This document shows positions 49,393 through 64,000 of a stretch of 64,000 nt of DNA, piece by piece. Numbering within the stretch: the stretch's first letter is position 1; each line of letters opens with the position of its first letter. The notes beneath the pieces are model-generated. The model ran no database searches. It worked only from the letters and a program-made list of their open reading frames with translations, and was not told the origin of the DNA. The DNA is from the human T2T-CHM13v2.0 reference genome, Homo sapiens, in NCBI RefSeq assembly GCF_009914755.1, contig NC_060931.1, one strand, 5' to 3'. The position numbers and the translations under genes were made by a program.

Positions 49393-50359
49393 ATTTACTC
49401 TCTACTAGAAAAATCATCTTTGTAAACACAAAATATTATCAATGGGAGAAAACCAGTATAACCTCTTCCATGGAATTTATAATTGCAAAAAATGAACGTA
49501 AGGATTCTACACCTCAGCATGATTTTTTTCCTTTTAGCCCAAGTCTAAATGTGAATTCGAATTTAACAGGAAATTTCACAAACATGTAAGAATGTTACAG
49601 AAATGCAAGCACTATTCCCTTTACAAATCAATAAAATTCCCCAAAACTTTAAAAACTGTAGAACAGTCTGGGTGCAGTGGCTCACGCCTGTAATCCCAGC
49701 ACTTTGGCAGGCTGAGGCGGGCGGATCACCTGAGGTGGAGAGATCAAGACTAGCCTGAACAACGTGGAGAAACCCCATCTCTACTAAAAATACAAAATTA
49801 GCAGGGCGTAGTGGCACATGCCTGTAATCCCAGCTACTCAGGAGGCTCAGACCGGAGAATCATTTGAACCCAGGAGGCGGAGCTCGTGGTGAGTCGAGAT
49901 TACGCCATTGCACTCTGGCCTGGGCAATGAGTAAAATTCCATCTCAAAAAAAGAAAAAAAAAAAACAAAACAAAACTGTAGAACAAAAAAATACATGTTC
50001 CAAAATTCCCCTCAAGGCTAAGCCAGAATCTTCTGGCAAAAAAGAAATTAAGCATCATGGGAAGACAAGACTGGTTCAGCAACACCTGCAGTATTTCAGA
50101 ACATAAAGGCCTAGTGGAGCACTCCTTTATAATCACCACGCCTTCAAAAACTGATGCTGACACTGTCTCTTAAGACTCAATGACTGCATATTAACAGCGT
50201 CTTGCCAGCAAATTAATAGCTTATTAATCCATTTGTAATGAATGAGTCTTACACTTCATTCATGCCAGCAATATCATTATCTGATATAATTCTAGTCTAA
50301 CTAGTCTTTTTGTCAAAAACGAAATGTCCCTGGATTCTAAATGGTACAAAATAGGTTCA

Positions 50360-50569
<210 letters not shown>

Positions 50570-50961
50570 CTGAAAAGGAAGCAAAGAGTAACAGTAAGAA
50601 TGAGGGAGTATCAAAACTCTTGCCATGTATCTGGTCAGGGGAACATCTGAAGCTTATGCTGAAAACATTCCTTAAGAAAACATATCCAAGGAGGTGGGTC
50701 AAAAAAAAAAAAAACCACACAAACTCAAAACCTATGACATTAAAACATATTTTTAAAATACACATATTAAAGAGACAAAGTACTGACAGAGAAATGACAT
50801 CTTGATACAAATATGCTAACAAAGAAATGGGCTAAGGGTATTAACAGGCAATTCAATTCACAAAAAAGAAAACACAGAAGATGCTCAACCTCACTAATAA
50901 TCAGGGAAAGGCAAATCAGAAAATGAATTATGTTTCAGCCAGACGCAGTGGCTCACGCCTA

Positions 50962-51234
<273 letters not shown>

Positions 51235-54200
51235 TTATGTTTCAAACCACTGGGGTGGCAAAAAAGGCAAGTATGTAAGACATGGGAAATCATCTTATAC
51301 ATTGCTGGTTTGAAGAGTAACTTGGAAAAGATATTCTGAATAGCAATTAGCAATACGCCCTAAATTACAAATGTACATTCCCTGTGACTTAGCAATTCCA
51401 CTTCCAGGTATATCAGCTAAAGAAATCTCTGTGTGTTCTCCAAGAAATACGCATAATAGAATATACGGACAGGGATGGTCATTATAGCAAATATGTAATA
51501 AAAGCAATTGGAAATGACCTTATTGGACATCAGTAAAGGAATAAATAAAATTCATATGATACAACACAGTTAAATTAACTAATGTTAAATGAAAATAAGT
51601 GTGATACCATTTATGTAAGTTAATACAAAAATTTAAAATACATTAAATTTAAATATTAAATTAAAAAATACAGCCAGGCGTGGTGGCTCACACCTGTAAT
51701 CCCAGCTCTTAGGGAGGCTGAGGTGGATGGATCACCTAAGGTGAGGAGTTTGAGACCAGCCTGGCCAACATGGTGAAACCCCATCTCTATTAAAAACACA
51801 CACACAGGCTGGGTGCGGTGGCTCAAGCCTGTAATCCCAGCACTTTGGGAGGCTGAGATAGGCGGATCATGAGGTCAGGAGATTGAGACCATCCTGGCCA
51901 ACACGGTGAAACCCCATCTCTACTAAAAATTTAAAAAATAATAATAAATAAATAAATAATAAAAATACAAAAATTAGCAGGGTGTGGTGACGGGCACCTG
52001 ATATCCCAGCTAGTCAGGAAGCTAAGGCAGGAGAATGGCATGAACCCGGGAGGCAGAGGTTGCAGTGAGCCGAGATCACACCACTGCACTCCAGCTTGCA
52101 TGACAGAGCGAGACTCTGTCTCGAAAACAAACAAACAAACAAAAAAAAAATTAAAAATACAGTATGCGTAAGAATGACCTCAGCAACTTCAGGACAGTGA
52201 CTATTTCTGGGTAAGGGAGAATGAAAAGGAACTTGAACTTGAGTTACATATAACATCTTTTTTCTTTCTTTTAAAGATATTTAAAGCAAACAAGACAAAA
52301 CATGAACATATGTTAAATCTGGGTAGCAGAGTGGGGTAGTAGACTTGTATTTTTGTAATCCATCCCTCTCTTCCTTTAAAAAGAAGTATCATGGTGTTAA
52401 AGCCAAGACATTACATCTCCATGGACCAGCAATGGAACAGAAACACAGAAGTTAGTGATGGGGCCAAAGCAGCAGAACTACTGAACTCTGGGGATAGGAA
52501 ACAGAGAAATATTTGGGAAATGGACTCATATGAGAGTAATGGGGACAAAAAAAACAACAACCCATGTCTATTATGGAAGGAGAAAAGGTGGGTACCAATG
52601 AGGGAGTGGGTAGATTAACTGTTAAGTGACATGAGGGAACCTTTCCGGGTTAAGTCACACTCCACATATTGATTGTGGTGGTAGTCACCTGGGTATATGC
52701 ATTTGTCAAAACTCACTGAACTATATACTAAAATGGATGGATTTTATTTTAATTATATATCAATAAAGATTTCTTTGAGGGCTAGGAGCGATGGCTCACA
52801 CCTGTAATCCCAGCACTTTGAGAGGCTGAGGAGGGCAGATCATTTGAGGTCAGGAGTTTGATACTAGCCGGGCCAACGTGGTGAAACCCATTTCTACTAA
52901 AAATATAAAAATTAGCCAGGCGTGGTGGCAGGCACCTGTAATCCCAGGTACTTGGAAGGCTGAGGCAGGAGAATAACTTGAACCCAGTAGGAGGAGGTTG
53001 TAGTCTTTTTTATTTCTTTTTGAGCCAGTCTCTCTCTGTCATCCTGGCTGGAGAGCAGCTACACGATCACGGCTCACTACAGCCTTGAACCCCTGGGCTC
53101 AAGCAATCCTCCTGCCTCAGCCTCAGAGTAGCTGGGACCACAGGCATGCACCACCATGCCTAGCTGAATTTTTAAAATTTTTTTGTAGAGACAGGGTCTC
53201 ACTATGCTGCCCAGGCTGGTTTGGATATCCCGGTCTCAAGCATTCCTTCTGCCTTGGCTTCCCAAAGTGCTGGGATTACAGGTGTGAACCACCAAGCCCA
53301 GCCTGTATCAATAAAGATTTTAAAAAATAAAACAGACGGCAGGGCACGACAGCTCATGGCTGTAATCTAAGCACCTTGGGAGGCCGAGGCAGGCGGATCA
53401 CTCGAGGTCAGGAGTTTGAGACCAGCCTGGCCAACATGGGCGAAACCCTGCTTCTACTAAAAATACAAGAAATTATCCAGATGTGGTGGCAGGTGCCTGT
53501 AATCCCAGCTACTTGGGAGGCTGAGGCAGGAGAATTGCTTCAACCAGGGAGGCAGAGGTTGTAGAGTAAGCTGAGATCACGCCATTGCACTCCAGGTTGG
53601 GAGACAAGAGCAAAACTCTATCTCAAAAGAATAAACTAATTAAAAAAAAAAAAAAACAGATAAGTATCCATTCAAACCAGCAATGGTGTGGTGAAACTAT
53701 ACGGGCTATTGGACAGTAGTAAAAATAAAACCACACATAAAAATGTCATAAGGTAGAACTACCAGAGGTAAAACAAAGATAAAAATAGACTCTTCAGGCT
53801 GGGCTTGGTGGCTCACACCTGTAATCCCAGCACTCTGGGAGGCTGAGGAGAGCGGATCACTTGAAGTCAGGAGTTCGAGACCAGCCTGGTCAACATGGCA
53901 AAACGCCGTCTCTACTAAAAATACAAAAATCAGCTTGGTGTGGTGGCATGCACCTGTAATCCCAGCTATTCAGGAGGTTGAGGCGAGAGAATCGCTTGAA
54001 CCCGGGAGGCGGAGGTTGCAGTAGGCCAAGATTGTGCCACTACACTCCAGCCTGGGCAACAGAGCAAGACACCGTCTCAAAAAAAAAAAAGACTCTTCAT
54101 AAGAAGCAATTAACACTAAAGTAATAAAATATGATCTTTAGGTAGTAGAGAAAAAATAATTGTAAACTTCAAATTCTATGATCCCTTAAATTCTTTTTCA

Positions 54201-54744
54201 AGAGTAAGGGTAGCAGCTGGGTGCAGTGGCTCATGCCTATAATCCCACCACTTTGGGAAGCCAAAGCGGGACAATCACTGGAGGTCAGAAATTCGAGACC
54301 AGCCTGAGCAAACTTGGTGAGACCCCATCTCTACAAAAAACTGAAAAAAATTAGTTGGGCATGGTGGCACACATCTGTGATCCCAGCTACTCCTGAGGCT
54401 GAGGCTAGAGGATTGCTTGAGCCCATGAGTTCCAAGTTTACAGTAAGCTATGACCAACCCACTGCACTCCAGCCTAGGAAACAAAGCAAGACTCTCTTAA
54501 AAAAAAAAAAAAAAAGTAAGGATGGGATAAAACAATTTTTACACATTCAAAGACTAAGAGAGTTTACCTCCCACAGATACTCAAAGAGCTATTAAAAAAA
54601 TGAACTTCAAGACCGGGCATGGTGGCTCACGCCTTTAATCCCAGGACTTCGGGAGGTCGAGGCCAGTGGATTGCTTAAGGTCAGGAGTTGAGACCAGCCT
54701 GGGCAACACAGTGAGGACTATCTATACTGAAAATACAAAAATTA

Positions 54745-54867
<123 letters not shown>

Positions 54868-55775
54868 CTAGGCAACAGGGTGAGACTCCATCTCAAAAAA
54901 TAAAAAAATAAAAAATAAGGCATGGTGGTGCATGCCCGTAGTCCCAGCTACTCAGGAAGCTGAAGCAGGAGGACTGCTTGAGCCCAGGAGTTCGACACTG
55001 CAGTGTGCCACCATCATGCCACTGCACTCCAGCCAGGGTGAGAGCGAGACCCTGCCTCTGAAACAAACAAAAAGCATGAAAAAGAAACATGGGGCTGGCA
55101 TGGTGGCTCACACCTGTAATCCCAGTACTTCGGGCGGCTGAGGCGGGCAGACTGCCTGAGCTCAGGAGTTTGCCACCAGCCTGGGCAACACAGTGAAACC
55201 CCGTCTCTACTAAAATACAAAAAAAAAAAAAAAAAAATTAGCCAGGCGTGGCAGTATGTGCCTGTAATCCCAGCTACTCAGGAGGCTGAGGCAGAATTGC
55301 TTGAACCCGGGAGGCAGAGGTTGCAGTGAGCCCAGATTGCACCATTGCAGTCCAGCCTGAGCGACAGAGTGAGACTCTGTCTCAAAAAAAAAAAAAAAAA
55401 AGAAAGAAAGAAATAGAAACATGAATCCAGGCTGGGCACAATGGCTCACACTTGTAATCCAGGAAACCAATCCTTGGGAGACCAAGGTGGGAGAATCACT
55501 TGACGCTAGGGGTTCAAGACCAGCCTGGGCAATATAGCTAGACCCTGTCTCTACGAAAAATAAAAATTAAAAAACTAGCTGCGCGGGGTGGCATGTACCT
55601 ACAGTTTTAGCTACCCAGGAGTCTGAAGCAGGAGGATCTCCTGAACCCAGGAGTTTGATGTTGCAGTGAGCCATGAGTGTGCCACTGCACTCCAGCCTGG
55701 GTGACAGAGTGAGACACTGCCTCAAAAAACTAAAACAAAAACAAACAAAAAAATCCTTGAGTCTAGAGGATGAGT

Positions 55776-56160
55776 GATGCTCTAAAGTGTGTCACGCCTG
55801 GCCTCCAAATTCCTATATTGAAGCTCTGACCTCCAATATAATGGTATTTGGAGATGGAGTCTGTGGGAGGTGATTAGAATTAGATGAAGTCATGGAGGTT
55901 GGGCCCTCATGATGGCTGGGCACTCTGAGAAGAAGAGATCTAGAGAGCTTGCTTTTTCTCTCCATCATGTGAGAACACAGGGAGAAGGCAGTTGTCTGAG
56001 ATCCAGGAAGAGAGAACTAACCAGAATCCAACAATGCTGAAACTCTATTCTCAGACTTCCAAATTCCAGAACTGTGAGAAAATAAATTTGTTTTAAATGT
56101 CACCCAGCTGATGCTATTTTGTTAGTCTATGGTATCAGTCAGCTTGAGCTGACTAATACA
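55776..56160 (+). mobile_element. MLT1A-like solo LTR
   Basis: ggtatttggagatgg...ccagaactgtgagaaaataaattt...gactaataca. Confidence 0.7.
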
Positions 56161-57775
56161 GGTGGAATTACAGAAACAACACATATAGCACAGAAAATAA
56201 TGAAACAGGGTCTTAATTTCAAGTAACAAATGTCTGTGGCACAACTTTTTAAAAATGTTTAAAAGGTGAAACTAAAATTCTATACAACTATAAAGGGTGC
56301 GTGTGTATGTTTAGAGACTGATATTCACCAGATAGCTGTATAATGATAATGTCCTTGGGTCCTGTTCCAGAGGCTAAAAGAGAGAATAAAATTACAAGCC
56401 AAAATGAGGATGCTACTATGTATGAACCATTTTTCTTATCACTTTACATGCATAACACAGCTAATCCTAACAAGAACCCTATAATCCTGGCATGTTTATT
56501 AACCTTATTTTACAGAGACTTTGGCTCTGGCCATGACAAAGTATTAATAGCCTATAGTAGACCAACCCTTTGCCTCTTCTTATAAATCCACTACAGAAAG
56601 GACGAATATATAAAACACATCTTTGAAGGCAATGGTGAAAAACCAGCTGGCAGGATTTCAGGGGCTCTGATCCATGAAAAATGAGAAGCACATCAGGAGA
56701 TGACACATTCATCCTATATTTTTTGTCTCCTGAAGGCATATGCCAAATCTTAAGTGTGAAAAAATGGACCTGAGGCAGAAGCAGCAATTTCAATGGGCTG
56801 AGGAGTTGAAGGTCAGAGTTTGGGGCTGCCAAAGTAGCTGAGACTTAAGGGACAAAATTCCAGCAAGGAAGAATCCACTGAGAAAGAACTCTCCAAAAAC
56901 CAGAATAACCTCCTCACCCCCCACCAAGTTGTTAACCTATGCCGCATACATGCAGGACTAGACTCCCCAAAATCCAACAGCAGAGAAGCTAAAGAGCTGA
57001 GCAGAAATCTCAGCAAACATGTATTGTTGAGAGGGATTTTTTTTTTTTTTTGAGATGGAGTTTTGCTCTGCCACCCAGGCTGAAGTAATGGTGCGATCTT
57101 GGCTCACTGCAACCTCTGCCTCCTGGGTTCAAGCCATTTTCCTGCCTCAGCCTCCTGAGTAGTGGGGACTACAGGCACACGCCACCATGCCCAGCTAATT
57201 TTTGTATTTTTAGTAAAGAGGAGACTTTGTTATGTTGGCCAGGGTGGTCTCGAATTCCTGACCTCAGGTGATGCATTTGCTTTGGCCTCCCAAAGTACTG
57301 GGATTACAGGCATGAGCCACAACTCCCAGCCTGTTGAGAGAGATTAAAGGTCAAGCCCAACCAAAGTAGAGGAATGCTGGTAAACACTGAGCTTTCATCT
57401 AAGATCCTAGGAGAGCCAAATCTTAAGGGTTAAGAGCAAAATGAAAACAGACTTAATAAAGAGCAAACCATGACAGGATCAAGATGATTTGCCGGTACTC
57501 TAATTTGCACACCTAAAAAACTTAAACCACAATGGAGGAGTATCATTTGGAACTTCCAGTTTTTTCATTCATAATGTCCAGACTTTGATTAAAAAAAAAA
57601 TTACCAGGTGCGGTAGCTCATGCCTGTAATCCTAGCACTTTGGGAGGCTGAAGCAGGAGGATCACTTGAGCCCAGGAGTTTAAGACCAGCCTGGGAAACA
57701 TAGTGAGATCTTGTCGCTATTAGGGGGAAAAAAAAAAAAAGGCTGGGTCCAGTAGTGGGAGGCCGAGGCAGGCAA

Positions 57776-57777
<2 letters not shown>

Positions 57778-57844
<67 letters not shown>
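57778..57844 (+). repeat. (CA)n microsatellite, ~33 units
   Basis: Directly visible. Confidence 0.97.
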
Positions 57845-57845
<1 letters not shown>

Positions 57846-58099
57846 CTTAAATTGACAGACCTTAAGGAAGCAAGATGAACCCACTTATAGCTGGATAGAC
57901 TTGAACAGTACTATCAAAGAGCTTGACCTAACTGACACTTTATCCAGTAACTGCAGAATACACATTCTTTTCAAGTGTATGAGAACATTCACAAAACAGA
58001 CTGTATGCCATGCCGTAACAAATTTTGAAGGCTTGAAATCACACAGCATGTTCTCTGACAACAGTCAATAAAAGATAATTAGGTAATTCTGAAATGTGA

Positions 58100-58318
<219 letters not shown>

Positions 58319-58536
58319 TAGCCAGGATGGTCTTGATCTCCTGACCTCGTGATCCACCCGCCTCGACCTCCCAAAGTGCTGGGATTACAGGCATGAGCCA
58401 CTGTGCCCGGCCAAAGCAACTTTTAAAATCCACACATTAACGAAGAAATTACAATGAAAATTAGTTAACTATTTTGACTAAATAAACTGAAAGATAATGA
58501 AAACAAAATATATCAAAATTTATGTGAAGGAGGTAA

Positions 58537-58803
<267 letters not shown>

Positions 58804-58878
58804 TGATCTGCTGGCCTTGGCCTCCCGAAGTGTTGGGATTACAGGCGTGAGCCACCGCGCCCGGCCGCAAATGCCTTA

Positions 58879-59375
<497 letters not shown>

Positions 59376-59459
59376 TCACTTGAACCCAGGAGGCCAAGTT
59401 GCAGTGAGCTGAGATTGTGCCACTGTACTCCAACCTGGCTGACAGAGTGAGACCCATCT

Positions 59460-59494
<35 letters not shown>

Positions 59495-59522
59495 CTGAAA
59501 ATCGGCTGGGCGTGGTGGCTCA

Positions 59523-59786
<264 letters not shown>

Positions 59787-59793
59787 CTACTCA

Positions 59794-59898
<105 letters not shown>

Positions 59899-60178
59899 TC
59901 AAAAAAAAAAAAAAGATTACTGGGAGAAATTAAATATCAAATAAATGTAGAGACATACCATATTCACGGGTGGGAAAGTTCAATTTTGCAAAGATGTCCT
60001 TTCACTCTAAATTGATGTGTAGATTTAATACAACCTTTATCAGGTTTTAAGAATAGATATATACTAGATGACTTTAGAATTTACAGGAAAACAGCCAAGA
60101 ATAACCAAAGCATTCATGGAGAAAAACAAAAGGAGGATTTACAGTAGGAGATATTGTATTACTATTAAGTTACACTAA

Positions 60179-60481
<303 letters not shown>

Positions 60482-61115
60482 TGATTCGCCCACCTTGGCC
60501 TCCCAAAGTGCTGGGATTACAGGCGTGAGCCACCACACCTGGCCCCAGATTCAGTCTTATATGAATGTTTATGACAAAAGTAGCATTGCAGAGCAGTGGA
60601 AAACATGACCTTTCTACTATATGATGCTGTACTCAAAAGCCATATATGGGGTGGGAGTAGGGGGTAACAACCCCTTCCTCATGCCTTACACAAAAACAAT
60701 TTTAGATAACTACACATTTAAACAGAAAGGTAAAATAAGTTTCTAGAAGATAACACAAAATCTCCACAATCTTAGAGGTGCAAAAGATACCCTAAACAGG
60801 ACATAAACAGTACTATCCATAAAAGAAAAAACTGAAACACTATACATTAAAATTAAGCATGTCTACTCACCAAAGAAATTCAGAATGAAAAGGCAAGCCA
60901 CCAGGAGAAAATATAAAAACTCTTGCATGTTAACTGAAAAGAAAAAGAATCCCGGCGGGGTGCAGTGGCTCATGCCTGTAATCCCTGCACTTTGGAAGGC
61001 CAAGGCAGGCAGATCACTTGAGCTCAGGAGTCTGAGACCAGCCTGGACAACATGGCAAAACCCATTTCTACAAAAAAAGCAAAAAAATTTAGCCAGGCGC
61101 AGTAGCGGGCACCTA

Positions 61116-61800
<685 letters not shown>

Positions 61801-62647
61801 TTACAAAAAAACTAGACAAGAAAGAATCTCCACAAACACCAAATTACTATAAACACAAGATTTAAATGTGCTTCTTGCTGTGTCACCCAGGCTGGAGTGC
61901 AGTGGTGCGATCTCGGCTTACTGCAACTTCCATCTCCCAGGTTTAAGCGATTCAATCCTTTCCTTCCTCTCTGAGAAAATCTCAATTTTCTTTGCCTTCC
62001 TGGGAGAAACCACTGTGCCTCAGAGGCAGTAAGCCCCAGATCGGGGCTTCTCATTAAATGTCTACAAAGAGTTAATAGTCAAATAATATCAGCATTTTCT
62101 CAACTTATAGAATGTGAAGTTATAGATACTATCAAAATATACAGATATCAAAACCAGGTTAGCAAAGTTTTACAACAGAAATTTCTAGCATTGATAACTG
62201 AAAAAAGATATTCCTTTTTTTTTTTTTTTTTTTTGAGACAGAGTTTCGCTCTTGTCATCCAGGCTAGAGTGCAATGGCACGATCTCGGCTCACTGCAACC
62301 CTCTGCATCCCGGGTTCAAGCAATTCTCCTGCCTCACCCTCCCGAGTAGCTGGGATTACAGGCATGCGCCACCATGTCTGGCTAATTTTTGTATTTTTTA
62401 GTAGACACAGGGTTTCACCATGTTGGCCAGGCTAGTCTCGAACTACTGACCTCTGGTGATCCACACGCCTCAGCCTCCCACAGTGGTGGGATTACAGGCA
62501 TGAGCCACCATGCCTGGCCCCAGGTATTCCCACTTTTAAAACTGACATATATCAGCTTAAGTTTGGGTCTCTCATTTGAAATAATGATATTGATGTTATT
62601 TATAAGTAGCATGGTATTTAAAAGAACAGCTCTGGTATCAAATTTGA

Positions 62648-62845
<198 letters not shown>

Positions 62846-63002
62846 TAGTTTTTTGTATTTTTAGTAGAGACAATGTTTCACCATGTTGGCCAGGCTGGTT
62901 TCAAACTCCTGACCTCGTGATTTCCCCGCCTTGGTCTCCCAAAGTGCTGAGATTACAGGAGTGAGCCACCACACCCAGCCAGATTTTTAAAAAGTATTTT
63001 GA

Positions 63003-63278
<276 letters not shown>

Positions 63279-64000
63279 TAACAGGCGAGTCACCGTGCCT
63301 GGCCCCAAGCCAAATTTCTTATTTTTTCTTTGACCACAACTGGCTTCCTTCAATTTTACACTGAAAATCAAAGGGAGATGTGAGTCATTTTTACAGCTAA
63401 TTTAGTTGAAATGTCAGGCTTGTAGTTAAGCAGACTGCTAGTAACGGTTCAAAAAATTCCTCATGAGTGGCACACCAGTGGCCCCAACCTGTGAGAAGAA
63501 AAGAATTCTGATGATGGAATTTCTACTCTTAACTAAATGTAAGTCTCTGTATCAGGTCATTTAACTCTCTGACACTCAAGTCTTTTAATCTGGGCTTCGG
63601 ATAATACTGCCTATGTTTAAATCTTGGTTTCACCATTTAGTCAATCGGTGGCTCCAGATAAATTGTTCAATCTCCTAGGCCAATTTCCTCATTTGTAAAA
63701 TGAGAATACAGTTGTTTTAAAATTAGTTGCGGGTAGGTAGAGGGGCATGTGCCCAAGTCCCAGCTTTACTGTGGTTGCTGAAGCAAGAGAATCCTTTGAG
63801 CCCAGGAGTTCAATGCTGCAAGTAAGCTATGATAGCACCATTGCACTCCAGCATAGGCGGCAGAGGGAGAACCTACCTCCAAAAAAATTCATTAATTTTA
63901 AAAAATAAAAACTTTTTAAAAACTAAATCAGTTGAATTACATGAAGTTTTAGCACAGTGCCTGATATATACTAAGTGTGACATTGTGTTATTTTTATTAA

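Overview
Human (primate) genomic DNA lying entirely inside the RNF216 (TRIAD3) RBR E3 ubiquitin ligase gene on the minus strand. Twelve exons (2-13) can be read with exact splice junctions. They join into one open frame of 2061 nt (residues 1-687 of the long isoform: acidic disordered N-terminus, RING1, start of IBR); exon 1 and the 3' exons lie outside the window. The gene shows a GC-AG intron, an in-frame alternative acceptor in exon 4, a uATG-dense 5' UTR and the tailed mirtron MIR6874 abutting exon 13. The introns are mostly Alu, old L1/L2/MIR, MaLR LTRs, Tigger2-type DNA transposons and one SVA. The most unusual item is a ~5.9 kb MER4-group ERV1-like element (35370-41291) with the structure of an RNA copy, R-U5-internal-U3-R-poly(A), flanked by L1-type target-site duplications. 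It looks like an L1-retrotransposed endogenous retrovirus transcript, with an Alu later inserted into its left TSD. I see no evidence of a new protein-coding system; nearly all other ORFs in the track are Alu or repeat artefacts. Repeat subfamily names are from memory of consensus sequences and are approximate.
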